DNA of 64,000 bases from Octopus sinensis (lineage: Eukaryota), in assembly GCF_006345805.1 (NCBI RefSeq), contig NC_042997.1, forward strand, positions 96,348,001 through 96,412,000, in the 5' to 3' direction. This document shows, in pieces, positions 1 to 11,897 of the stretch. The notes beneath the pieces are model-generated. The model was not told the origin of the DNA. It ran no database searches and saw only the letters and a program-made list of their open reading frames with translations. Within the stretch, counting starts at the first letter, position 1. Each line of letters opens with the position of its first letter. The translations under genes and the position numbers were made by a program.

Positions 1-190
1 AAATAGATTGGGTTTATTTACATTTGTGAAGAAAAAAAATACCCTTCTCCCCACCCCTAACCCTCACCCTAACTAACCCTAAAAGAGATTGAAATGCTAT
101 AGATCGATACTAGGGTCATAATTATGGGTGACTATTTCATATGACACTGCTAGAAAAAACTGCCGTTCAAACCGAAAAGATCCCATACAC
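1..190 (-). mobile_element. Fragment of a non-autonomous interspersed repeat carrying TAACCC-like motifs (possibly Helentron/HINE-type)
   Basis: cccctaaccctcaccctaactaaccctaa at ~55-82 embedded in non-telomeric sequence; resembles a common cephalopod repeat (from recall, unverified). Confidence 0.4.
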
Positions 191-212
191 GCCACTACTT
201 GATGCTGCAATC

Positions 213-778
213 GTTTATCGATCCTGAAAGTATCAAAGGTATAGTTGACCACGGAAGGATTTGAACTCAGAACGTAAAGAGCCTGATCAAGTGCAGCAAC
301 GCATTTTTTAACGAAGCGCTACCTATCAACCAGCTTACCATAATAATAATTATTTCAACGAGAGGTGCAATGCCCGAAATTTAGTTGGGGTGGGGGATCG
401 TTGATTACGTTGATCCCATTGCTTGACAAGTTTATCGACCGTAAAAGTGTAAGTGACTAAGTCGACCTCGGCAATATTTGAACTAAGAACCTAGAGCTAG
501 TAGAGATTCTGCAGATCATTTTGTCTGGCATGCTAACGATCCTGCCAGCTCACCGCCTTCCATAACAAGGGTTTGAAAATTTGGTACTAAGCCACTAATT
601 TTAGGGGAAGGCACAAGTCCATTATAACAAACCCCAATATTCAACTCGTTCTTATTTTATCGACCCTAAAAGGCAAAGTTGACATCTGCGGAATTTGAAC
701 CGGGATCGTAAAGACGGACGAAATGTCGCTAAACATTTTGTCCAGCGTGCTAACGATTGTGCCAGTAACCCGCCTCCC
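213..778 (-). mobile_element. Three degenerate head-to-tail copies of tRNA-derived SINE family A
   Basis: Recurring gatttgaactcagaacgtaaag / gtcgacctcggc / tgctaacgat..tgccagctc motifs (reverse complement of a B-box GAGTTCAAATCC head) at ~213-340, 360-560, 580-778. Confidence 0.75.
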
Positions 779-984
779 AGAATGGGAGTAATTTTGGATG
801 GAATTAAGAAAATGATAACAGTTCAAAGGTCAGTTAACATGCTATAAATAGAAGCTAAATACTTCCAATAATAAAGGTGCTAAAAGATATAATGTGATGT
901 GACAAGTGAACCGTTTTAGCCATAATTCTACTCGGCCACGACTGACTTGGGACTAATAAACAACATTAACTTGAAGAAATTGAG

Positions 985-1405
985 AGAAACGGGAAATAAA
1001 CCAAATGAAATTGCATCAGAGAGAAAATGCAGGAAAGTTTTGGGATTATAGAGAAATAAACGACAGTGAGAGGGAAAGAAAAGAATAGGAAGGAAGAAGG
1101 GCGGAGAAATCGCATAAAACATTTATAGGGAGAGAGTGGAGTAAAAAGTAAAAGGAAAATGAACAAAATGACGTGAAAGAAAAGGAGGAAGAATAAGATA
1201 AAATAAAATAAGAGCGAAAATTGTTATGACGGATATACAAAAAGGATATAGATAAAGACAGGAAGGAAATAAAGAAAACAAATATTAAATGAAGAAAACT
1301 GAAAAAATTGAAAAGCTGAGAGAGAAAGAGAGAGAGACAGAGACAGAGAGAGATAGAAATACAAAGTAATACGGAAGAAAAGGAAAAAAAGGAAAAAAGA
1401 CAAAT
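985..1405. repeat. Purine-rich (GA/A-rich) low-complexity tract
   Basis: A/G-rich sequence with (GA)n runs; produces the spurious Phe/Leu/Ser-rich minus-strand ORFs. Confidence 0.85.
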
Positions 1406-1749
1406 AAAACAAATATATATATACTTGTGTGTGCGTGTGTATGTGTATGTATGTATATATGAATTGCGAAAGAAGGTCACCATAAATTGGGAAAATTTTT
1501 TTTTTTTTACTTATTATTATTAGTGTCTACCCAAAAAACAAAAAGAAAAGTAAAACAATGTTCTCTTCTAAATAAAACAACAAAAAACATGTTTTATATA
1601 AATGAACAACCTGTTTGCACATTGACAATCTTAATTGACAAGTTCGAAAAACGAACAAAAGCACTAATAATAATGAATAACAAAAAAATCCAAAATTCTG
1701 GCGACCTCCTTTTTTCTCAATATGCAATATCTGTACACCACTTCTAACA

Positions 1750-1890
1750 CTCCACACACACACATACATACATACATACATACATATATCTATATATACA
1801 TACATATATACATATACATATATATATATCTATATATACATACGTATATATATATACATAATATATATATATACATATATATATATATAT

Positions 1891-1932
<42 letters not shown>

Positions 1933-2117
1933 TATATATACATATATATATAAACATATATATATATACATATATATACATATATACATATTCATACATA
2001 TATATATATACATACATATATATATACATACATATATATATATACATATATATACATATATACATATACATACATATATATATACATATATATATACATA
2101 CATATATATATACATAC

Positions 2118-2161
<44 letters not shown>

Positions 2162-2172
2162 TATATATATAT
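1750..2172. repeat. Compound (CA)n/(TACA)n/(TA)n microsatellite
   Basis: Seen directly. Confidence 0.95.
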
Positions 2173-2217
2173 AATGAGAGTTAGAAGGAAAAGAGGAAGA
2201 GAAATAAAGAAGAAAAT

Positions 2218-2432
2218 TCTTTTCTACTGAAAGCACAAGGCCCGCAATTTCAAAGGTAAGGGGCCAGTCGATTAGATCGACCCCAGTACGCAAATGGTAC
2301 TTAATTTATCGGCTCCGAAAGGATGAAAGATAAAGTCGACCTCGACAGAATTTGAACTCAGAACGTTAAGACAGACGAAATACCGCTAAGCATTTCGCCC
2401 TCAGTGTTAAAGATTTTTCCACCTTGCGGCTT
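2218..2432 (-). mobile_element. SINE family A, near full length
   Basis: gcacaaggccc...gtcgattagatcgaccccagtacg...gaatttgaactcagaacg...gaaataccgctaagcatttcgccc; same family as 3503-3716 (+). Confidence 0.9.
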
Positions 2433-2664
2433 TAAATAAAGAAGAAAATTGAAGGAAATCAACTGACAGCCCGGCGGGCAGAAAGAATGAAAGGAAGAAA
2501 TAAAAAAAGAGAAGCAGGAGAAAAAAGCGGAAGAGAAAAGGGATGAAGAAAGAAATATGTGCGTGTGTATATTTCTATGAATACCCACCCCCACACAATA
2601 TATAAATATATATGTGTGTATGTGATTGTGCATGTGTGTGTGTGTGTGTGTGTGTGTGCGTATT

Positions 2665-2830
2665 TACAACTGGCTTCTTTCGGTTTCCATCTACCAAATC
2701 CGCTCACAAGGCATTGGTTGACCTGTGGCCATAGTTAAAGACACTTTTTGAAAGTGCAACGCCGTAGGACTGAATCCTAGTCCACATAGGGAAGCAAGCT
2801 TCTTAACCACACAGCGATGAATGCATGTGT

Positions 2831-2877
<47 letters not shown>

Positions 2878-3204
2878 CGTTTATGTATACGCTATGCGTA
2901 TATACCCATATGTATTCTTTTATTCTTTTACACTTTTTGGTCATTTGAGTGCGGCCATACTGGAGTACCGCCTTGAATGGATTTAGTCGAAGAAATTGAC
3001 CCCAGGATTTATTCTTTGCAAGCCTAGTACTTATTCTATCGGCCGTCTTGCCGAACCACTAGGTTACGGGGACGTAAAGACAGCAAAATCGGTTGTCAAG
3101 CGATGATAGGGCTTTAAACACACACATACATACATACATACATACATACATACATACATACATACACACACACAGACACACACATACACACACACACACA
3201 CACC

Positions 3205-3240
<36 letters not shown>

Positions 3241-3350
3241 CACACACACAAACGACTGGTTTCTGTCAGTTTGCGTCTACCAAATCCATTCACATGGCTT
3301 TGGTCGGCCAGAGGCTATAGCAGGCACGCAGTGGGACTGAACCCGGAACT
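2665..3350 (-). mobile_element. Two SINE family B pieces (5' half 2665-2820; near-complete copy 2915-3350 with internal CA/TA tract)
   Basis: Match to the well-preserved family B copies at 53994-55535 (ctaccaaatcc.ctcacaaggc; agtacttattctatcgg; gccgaacc.ctaag). Confidence 0.85.
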
Positions 3351-3502
3351 TGTTTTTGAAATTTTTTGAAAATTCAGACATATTGAACAAATTGGTGATA
3401 AAAACGGAAAACAAACTTTGGTAATAAAGCTACTAAGTGTAATGTTGTGCATCTGTTTCAAATACTAACAGAAGTTAGTCAAAACTTAATATCTATGACA
3501 CA

Positions 3503-4920
3503 AAGGCGGCGAGCTGGCCGAAACGCTAGCACTCCAGCTGAAATGCTTCGTGTTATTTCATTTGTCTTTATGTTTTGAGTTCAAATTCCACCGATGTCGA
3601 CTTTGCCTTTTATCCTTTTGGGGTCGATAAATTAAGTACTAGTTGTGTACTGGGTCAATCTAATCGACTGGCACCCTCCCAAAAAATTTCGGTCCTTGTG
3701 CCTAGAGTAGGGAACTATATTTAATGCACAATTCTGAGTTCAAATTCTGACAGGGTTGAAATTGCCTTCCATCCTTTCGGAGTCAATAAAATAAGGACCA
3801 GTTGAGCGCTGGTGTCGATGTAATCGATTTACTCCCTCCCGCGTAATTCCTGGTGTTGTACCGAACTTTCAAAACAATATATACTGCAGAATAACAAAGT
3901 TTTCATTATAATAATAAAGTTTTTAATGATTCAAGGCTAGAAATTTTGAGGGCAAAGGGAAGATGATTAAGTGGATCCCAATACATGAATGGTACTTATT
4001 TTATTATTCTATAAAAGGATTAAAGATTATTTTGAGCTTGGCGGAATTCGAACTCGGAACGTAAAAACCCTCAAAAAATGCTTCTAAACGTTTTGTCGGA
4101 AGAGGTAATACTTCAGGGAGTACACCGGCTTAATAATAATAACCTATACTATATGTACAAGGCTTGAAAGATTAGAAGAGAGGGCTCGTCAATTAAATCG
4201 ACTCCAGTGTTCAACTGGTACTTATTTCATCGACCACGAAAGGATAAAAAGCAAATTCGGCCTCGGCGTGATTTGAACACAGAACGCAAAGACACAAGAA
4301 TTACAGTGAAACATTTTTGTACATAGTGCTAAGAATTCTGCCTGATAACCGATTTTGTAATAATGATGATAATTATCTTTTCTACTATAGGCATAAGGCT
4401 TGACATTTTTGCGGCAGACTAGTTGATTTCATCGACCCCAGTACTCAGATGGTGCCTATTTTATCGAACCCGATAGGATGAATGGCCAAATCGATCTCGG
4501 CGGAATTTGAACTCAGAGCGTGGAGAAGAAAGAACTGCCAGACTTACTAACGCTTCTGCCAGCTCGCCAACTTAATGATGGTTTCTTATTTTAGCACAAG
4601 GCCAGTCATTTCGGGAGAGAGCGTAAGTCAGTTACATCGATCCCAATATTCAATTGGTACATATCTTACCGACCCGCGAATGAATGAAGAGCAAAGTCGA
4701 CCTCAGAGTGATTTGAAATGAGAACGTACAGATGGATTAATGCCGCCAAGTATTTTGCCGTGCTAAACATCATGCCAGCACGCTGCCTTCATAATGTTGA
4801 TAATAATCCTTTCTGCTAAAGACCCAAGGCATGAAATTTCGGAGAGAGGACAAGTTGATTAGATCAACCCCAGTGTTTCACTGTTACTTAATTTATCGAC
4901 CCCAAAAGGACGAAATTGGG
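3503..4920. mobile_element. Cluster of about seven SINE family A copies (two on +, five head-to-tail on -)
   Basis: + copies 3503-3716 and 3730-3878; - copies ~3925-4130, 4145-4345, 4380-4572, 4590-4790, 4810-4920, each with the atcgacc..gaaaggatgaa and g.atttgaactc motifs. Confidence 0.85.
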
Positions 4921-4934
4921 TGGGTATGCATATA

Positions 4935-4954
4935 CACTTATATACACATATTAG

Positions 4955-5021
<67 letters not shown>

Positions 5022-5235
5022 TATATAGAAAAAGAGAGATAAACACACAGAAATATATAGAGAAAGATAATATAGAAATAAAAATAGAAATATATATATA
5101 TGTGTGTGTATGTGTGTGTATGTAGACATATATATATATATGTATATATACATTTATATGTACATATACATATATACAGACACACATATACACACACATA
5201 TATATATATACACATATACATCCATATATATAATG

Positions 5236-5291
<56 letters not shown>

Positions 5292-5385
5292 TTGTATATA
5301 TATACGTACATATATGCATGTGTGGTGTGCGTATGATACAGTATAATATATAAATATATGTATATATATTCATATATATAAGCAC
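4935..5385. repeat. Compound (TA)n/(TG)n microsatellite
   Basis: Seen directly. Confidence 0.95.
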
Positions 5386-5879
5386 ATAATATCTATGAAT
5401 ATCTAAGTGTTATTGTATGTATTCATGCATGAATATGTGTGTTAATGCTTAGATATATTAATTGGTATATGGCAACAAACGTTCAACGGCTACAGGACTC
5501 AATATGGAGTGAATAGTTAAATTTCTCTAATAATAAAAAAAAAAGGGTACTGCAACTCTATGTTCGGTTGATTTAAGTTATACAAACTATGAATAGACCT
5601 AAGTAGTTAAAAAAAAAAAACCTGAATGAATTAACTGGAAAATTCAGAGAAATACATTTAGGGGATGGAGTTTGTAAAAGTAGAAATAAAGCATGAAATT
5701 AACATGGAAACAACAACAGTAATTTGATAAGCGCTTAAATGATTTGCATAGAAAAAGTTAAAAAGAAGGAAAATACCTTTCTTTGTAATTTCTCTCCTCC
5801 AAGTAACTTGTTTGCACCGCATCGCGTGCACATCGAGCGCATGGTTATGTTTGTGTGATAGAATCTTTACGTGCATATG

Positions 5880-6053
5880 TGTGTGGGTCTCTGTGTGTAT
5901 GTGTGTGCGTGTGTGTGTTCTGTGTGTTCCTGTATAGGAGGATTATATATACATATAAATATATATATATATATATATAGCTAGATATAAATATATATAG
6001 ATATAGATATATAGATGTATATAATTATATATATATGTATATATATATATAAT

Positions 6054-6086
<33 letters not shown>

Positions 6087-6400
6087 AAGAGAGATAAATA
6101 TATATATAGATAGATATATATAGATACAGATAATATATAGATAGGTAGGTATTTCTTAAATGTATACACACACGCACATGTATATAGATCGATATAGTTA
6201 TGTATTCGTATATGCTTGCTTGTTTGTGTATTTGTGCAAATGATGTGTACGTTTGTATGTGCGCTCGCTTAGGAATGCGTGTGCGCGTGTTTATGAATAT
6301 ATGTACGTGTGCGTGGGAGTGAAAGAGAGAGAGAGACACAGAGAGGGAGAGATAGTGAGTGAGTGAGAGTAAGAGAGTGAGTGAGAAAGGGGAGTAAAAA
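5880..6400. repeat. Compound (TG)/(TA)/(GA) microsatellite region
   Basis: Seen directly. Confidence 0.9.
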
Positions 6401-6991
6401 AGAGAGCGTGTATGCCTGCTCGTATGTTTATGGTTCGTTCTTGTGTGACGCTTTGTTGTAGCTTCTCCAGTTAATAGTTTACAATCCCGAACAGGCTAAT
6501 TTAAAGGCATAAAAATTACACATATATAAACAAAGACAAAAGAACAGTAAAAGCTAAAAAGTAAACAAAAATAAAAGAGACTGAAACACTTATTGATATT
6601 CTATCACATTCACATGATACGCATGTTTAAGATGTTACATCTAGCAGTGTTGATGAAGGAATGGCAAAGCTGAACGTAAACAAATTCGATATAGTTAGCG
6701 CTGCCTGTAATTTGTTGAGCAAAGGGATTCGTTATGTTGCAACGATCTGCGAGGAGACGCACACATCTTTATTTCTTTATATATATTTATTGAATTATTT
6801 ATTTAAAGCTGATTTGTTTCGCTTTTGTGCTGTTGCTTTTTTTTTATTATATAATATTTCATTCAGTGACATGACATGAAATACACATATTCACATGCTC
6901 ACAAAAAAATCTCACGGCAACAAACAGAAAAAAAGTAGGCCCGTACTTTTATGTTCTCGTATTTTCATTGAGCGAAGATACACGTATATAA

Positions 6992-7022
<31 letters not shown>

Positions 7023-7254
7023 CCTGAATGTATATGTGTGTGTGTGTGTGTGTGTGCCTGAATGTATATGTGTGTCTGTGTGTGTGTGAGAGAGAGAGAG
7101 AGGGTGGGTCAGTGGGGGTGTGAGTGGGTTTACACAGACACGTGTATACATTTGTGTGTGAATGTGTGCCTGTACGTGTGTGTGATTAGATAAATATCCA
7201 TAAAAGTCTATATGCATATATTTATATATGTATATATTTATATATTCATTCATA

Positions 7255-7560
7255 GGCGGAGGACTGGGTGAGTGATAAGACGCTTGCTTCGTAACATATG
7301 GTTCAGTGTTCAGTCCCACTACGTGACACCTTGGGCAAATATCTTCTACTACAGTCTCGGGCCGTCGTGTGTGTATATATATGGGTGTGTTTGCGTGTGT
7401 GTGTGGGGGGGGGTTGCTAATGTGCTTGTCTGTGTTCGTGTGTGTGAGTGAGCCTGTGTTTGTCCCACACCACCGATTGACTACCAGCAGAGGTGTACTT
7501 ATGTCCTTGTAATTTAGCAGTTCGACAAGAGACTCCGATAAAATGTGTACTAGGCTTAAA
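7255..7560 (+). mobile_element. Degenerate SINE family B
   Basis: gttcagtcccactacgtgacaccttgggcaaatatcttctact head and gtactaggcttaaa 3' part. Confidence 0.75.
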
Positions 7561-7662
7561 CAAACAGCAGGTTGTAGTGTCATATATAAATATATGTGTG
7601 TGTGTGTGCGTGTGAGCGCGCGCGTATGTATGTATGTGTATATATGTATGCATACATATCTA

Positions 7663-7696
<34 letters not shown>

Positions 7697-7700
7697 GATG

Positions 7701-7737
<37 letters not shown>

Positions 7738-7754
7738 TATATATAATATATATC

Positions 7755-7882
7755 AACCGTGATCACCGTGACCGACCAGGCTATCAGATGTTCAGATTTT
7801 GCTACACATCGCTGGCCACAATGCGTTTCGCATTGTTTTAACCTTAAATGACGCCAGCCCCCTGGCTAAGCGAGGAAGGCCA
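7755..7882 (-). mobile_element. 3' end of SINE family C
   Basis: Reverse complement of the 22985-23105 tail (gctaagcgag; cgcattg; catcgctgg.cacaatgcg). Confidence 0.8.
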
Positions 7883-7889
7883 AATATAT

Positions 7890-7923
<34 letters not shown>

Positions 7924-7924
7924 G

Positions 7925-7971
<47 letters not shown>

Positions 7972-8240
7972 GTATATATCTGTGTGTATGTGGATATGTG
8001 TGTGTGTGCATGTGTGGTGTGAGTGTGTGTGTGTGTGTGTGGTGTGTGTGTGTGTAAATACACACACTGTATACTTAGATATATTACGTATGAAGTATCA
8101 AATGACGTGGCCTGACCACCTCATTATTCTACCAGGACAGATTTTGGAAACACTGCGCTAACTGAATCTCTCACTCTCGCTCTCTCTCTCTCTTGCTCTC
8201 CACCTCTCTCTCTCTCTCCCTGATCTCTCTCTCTCCCTGA

Positions 8241-8308
<68 letters not shown>

Positions 8309-8402
8309 TTATATACATGTATATATACGCACATATAGGCTAGCAAATTACTGAAAGAAATAAAAGAATGAATATATATATATATATAACACACAAACAC
8401 AC

Positions 8403-8451
<49 letters not shown>

Positions 8452-8692
8452 CAAATCTTACTTGGAAGAGGATGCGTAGCTTTGAATGATATAATAATAT
8501 AAATAATATATATATATATATGTTATAAAATGAGATAGGGGTTGAAAATTCACCCACCATGGGAATATATATTCCAATATACTGCTAGATAGGTACCCAA
8601 CAAAATTAATACATAGATTTAAAATTGTCAAACAATCAGTTCATCTATTGCATTATATGGGTAAAGGTAATAATAATACCGTAAATTAATAC

Positions 8693-8913
8693 TACAAAAT
8701 TAGAGAATGGAGAAATATACTTAAATCAGTAAAACATCACTATCCGATGATACTCAATCCATACTTTAATACACCATTACATATGAGTAAAGGCATACAT
8801 AAAATGAAATTGCCTTACTCATATGTAATGGTGTATTAAAGTATGGATTGAGTATCATCGGATAGTTGATGTTTTACTGATTTAAGTATATTTCTCCATT
8901 CTCTAATTTTGTA
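8693..8913. repeat. Near-perfect fold-back palindrome, ~103-bp arms and 15-nt loop
   Basis: 8693-8795 is the reverse complement of 8811-8913 except for two single-base indels; the right end abuts (TA)n. Confidence 0.95.
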
Positions 8914-9408
8914 TATATATATATAATATATATATATATAATATATATATATATATATGCATATGTGGGCACAGTACGTCAGGAAACGTGACAACAAGAA
9001 AGTATGAACCATGAGTACATGGTGCATGAACTATTCTTTCGAACAAAGACACACATGGAAAACAAGCCAAACATAAAGAACGAACTTTCATCAGTTGTTA
9101 GCTTTTTCTCTAGTCTGTTATTTCGAAGTATGTAAATATACGTATATATGCATATGTATATATATATAATATATATATAATATATAATATATATATATAT
9201 ATTATATATATATATATAATATACTAAGCAATAAAGGGTTTAGCAACGAATTGCCTCACCACATACCGAATTAGAAATAGCAGTCAAAGAGTTATAGCTA
9301 TTCTTCTACTAAAAAGGGAGATCTCAGTAAAAACAGCAATTGGAAGGCAGACACAAACAGGTAAGAAAGAATGAATTGACGGCAATCTATCATACAATTT
9401 TAAGTTAT

Positions 9409-9507
9409 CTACGGACGTACGTTTCGAAATCAAGTTTTTAGGAAAGCATAAGAATTAAATATTAAATAATTCCATCTTACCAAAAACTTCTTTTCTCTTC
9501 AGCGTAG
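9409..9507 (-). ncRNA. Type I hammerhead ribozyme, array copy 1
   Basis: Minus strand: stem I CTACG/CGTAG, core CTGAAGA, stem II GAAA/TTTC + AAGTTTTTGG/CTAAAAACTT, GAAA, palindromic stem III ACGTACGT, GUC cleavage triplet. Confidence 0.88.
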
Positions 9508-9997
9508 AATACTATAATCATAAATGATTATATATTGAATTTTGAGATACTAGAAGGCACCAACTCAACTCAGTATCAGAGCGAGCTAGAATCCGCAACT
9601 AGTATCACCGAATTCAATGTGTGAATGGAAAGATTGTGTCACCAGCCCCTCCCACCCGCGTGTAGCCAAAACAAGATGCTGTGGTCATCTACTGAGATAA
9701 AATATGGTTATCCCTAATAATGAAGGGTGAAATTAATTATTTGGAATATTATCAATTGCACCAAGTAGTCTTCGGCATGTAAAAGCCTCATTCGAGGAAA
9801 ATTAAGTAATACTAAGCAATAAAGGGTTTAGCAACGAATTGCCTCACCACATACCGAATTTAGAAATAGCAGTCAAAGAGTTATAGCTATTTCTTCTACT
9901 AAAAAGGAGACCTCAGTAAAAACAGCAATTGGAAGGCAGACACAAACAGGTAAGAAAGAATGAATTGACGGCAATCTATCATACAATTTTAAGTTAT

Positions 9998-10096
9998 CTA
10001 CGGACGTACGTTTCGAAATCAGTTTTTTAGGAAAGCATAAGAATTAAATATTAAATAATTCCATCTTACCAAAAACTTCTTTTCTCTTCAGCGTAG
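9998..10096 (-). ncRNA. Type I hammerhead ribozyme, array copy 2
   Basis: Same as copy 1; one small variant in distal stem II. Confidence 0.87.
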
Positions 10097-10590
10097 AATA
10101 CTATAATCATAAATGATTATATATTGAATTTTGAGATACTAGAAGGCACCAACTCAACTCAGTATCAGAGCGAGCTAGAATCCGCAACTAGTATCACCGA
10201 ATTCAATGTGTGAATGGAAAGATTGTGTCACCAGCCCCTTCCCACCCGCGTGTAGCCAAAACAAGATGCTGTGGTCATCTACTGAGATAAAATATGGTTA
10301 TCCGTAATAATGAAGGGTGAAATTAATTAATTTGGAATAATTATCATTACACCAAGTAGTCTTCGGCATGTAAAAGCCTCATTCGAGGAAAATTTAAGTA
10401 ATACTAAGCAATAAAGGGTTTAGCAACGAATTGCCTCACCACATACCGAATTTAGAAATAGCAGTCAAAGAGTTATAGCTATTTCTTCTACTAAAAAGGG
10501 AGATCTCAGTAAAAACAGCAATTGGAAGGCAGACACAAACAGGTAAGAAAGAATGAATTGACGGCAATCTATCATACAATTTTAAGTTAT

Positions 10591-10689
10591 CTACGGACGT
10601 ACGTTTCGAAATCAAGTTTTTAGGAAAGCATAAGAATTAAATATTAAATAATTCCATCTTACCAAAAACTTCTTTTCTCTTCAGCGTAG
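10591..10689 (-). ncRNA. Type I hammerhead ribozyme, array copy 3
   Basis: Same motif as copy 1. Confidence 0.88.
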
Positions 10690-11201
10690 AATACTATAAT
10701 CATAAATGATTATATATTGAATTTTGAGATACTAGAAGGCACCAATCTTTCTTACCTGTTTGTGTCTGCCTTCCAATTGCTGTTTTTACTGAGGTCTCCC
10801 TTTTTAGTAGAAGAAATAGCTATAACTCTTTGACTGCTATTTCTAAATTCGGTATGTGGTGAGGCAATTCGTTGCTAAACCCTTTATTGCTTAGTATTAC
10901 TTAAATTTTCCTCGAATGAGGCTTTTACATGCCGAAGACTACTTGGTGTAATTGATAATTATTCCAAATTAATTAATTTCACCTTCATTATTACGGATAA
11001 CCATATTTTATCTCAGTAGATGACCACAGCATCTTGTTTTGGCTACACGCGGGTGGGAAGGGGCTGGTGACACAATCTTTCCATTCACACATTGAATTCG
11101 GTGATACTAGTTGCGGATTCTAGCTCGCTCTGATACTGAGTTGAGTTGGTGCCTTCTAGTATCTCAAAATTCAATATATAATCATTTATGATTATAGTAT
11201 T

Positions 11202-11300
11202 CTACGCTGAAGAGAAAAGAAGTTTTTGGTAAGATGGAATTATTTAATATTTAATTCTTATGCTTTCCTAAAAACTTGATTTCGAAACGTACGTCCGTAG
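11202..11300 (+). ncRNA. Type I hammerhead ribozyme, array copy 4 (inverted arm)
   Basis: CTACG 11202-06, CTGAAGA 11207-13, GAAA 11284-87, CGTACGTC to 11295 (predicted cut after 11295), CGTAG 11296-300. Confidence 0.9.
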
Positions 11301-11590
11301 ATAACTTAAAATTGTATGATAGATTGCCGTCAATTCATTCTTTCTTACCTGTTTGTGTCTGCCTTCCAATTGCTGTTTTTACTGAGATCTCCTTTTTAGT
11401 AGAAGAAATAGCTATAACTCTTTGACTGCTATTTCTAAATTCGGTATGTGGTGAGGCAATTCGTTGCTAAACCCTTTATTGCTTAGTATTACTTAAATTT
11501 TCCTCGAATGAGGCTTTTACATGCCGAAGACTACTTGGTGTAATTGATAATTATTCCAAATTAATTAATTTCACCCTTCATTATTACGGA

Positions 11591-11628
<38 letters not shown>

Positions 11629-11722
11629 CAGACATACGTATAGATTTATGGACATAAACGTATGTATATATACATTTATATATCTATTATTTATATTATA
11701 TATATACGCATATAGACATGAT

Positions 11723-11734
<12 letters not shown>

Positions 11735-11780
<46 letters not shown>

Positions 11781-11823
11781 GAGACAGAGACAAAGACTGA
11801 CAGATAGATAGATAGATAGATAG

Positions 11824-11874
<51 letters not shown>

Positions 11875-11897
11875 AGATAGATAGATAGATAGATAGA
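11735..11897. repeat. (TA)n followed by (GATA)n microsatellite
   Basis: Seen directly. Confidence 0.95.

Larger units (their letters stand above)
9221..11594. mobile_element. Non-coding ~590-bp unit in a tandem plus inverted array (about 2.6 copies on -, 1.4 on +); hammerhead-bearing retrozyme-like / PLE pseudo-LTR-derived element
   Basis: Unit starts (atactaagcaataaagg) at 9221, 9809, 10401; orientation flips at 10745/10746; both ends abut (TA)n; each complete unit carries a hammerhead. Confidence 0.9.

Noticed and set aside
55-82. TAACCC-like motifs suggesting a telomere or interstitial telomeric repeat
   Set aside because: Only a few imperfect units, embedded in a dispersed repeat.
9030-9100. 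Hammerhead at CTGATGA on the minus strand (about 9088-9094)
   Set aside because: Stems I, II and III do not pair around the core.
10905-10960. Second hammerhead-like motif in the 590-bp unit (CGAATGA-GGC..GCC-GAAG)
   Set aside because: Both core segments are non-canonical and there is no stem I.
9221-11594. CRISPR-like or ordinary satellite interpretation of the array
   Set aside because: No spacers; the units are near-identical, few, partly inverted and carry ribozymes.
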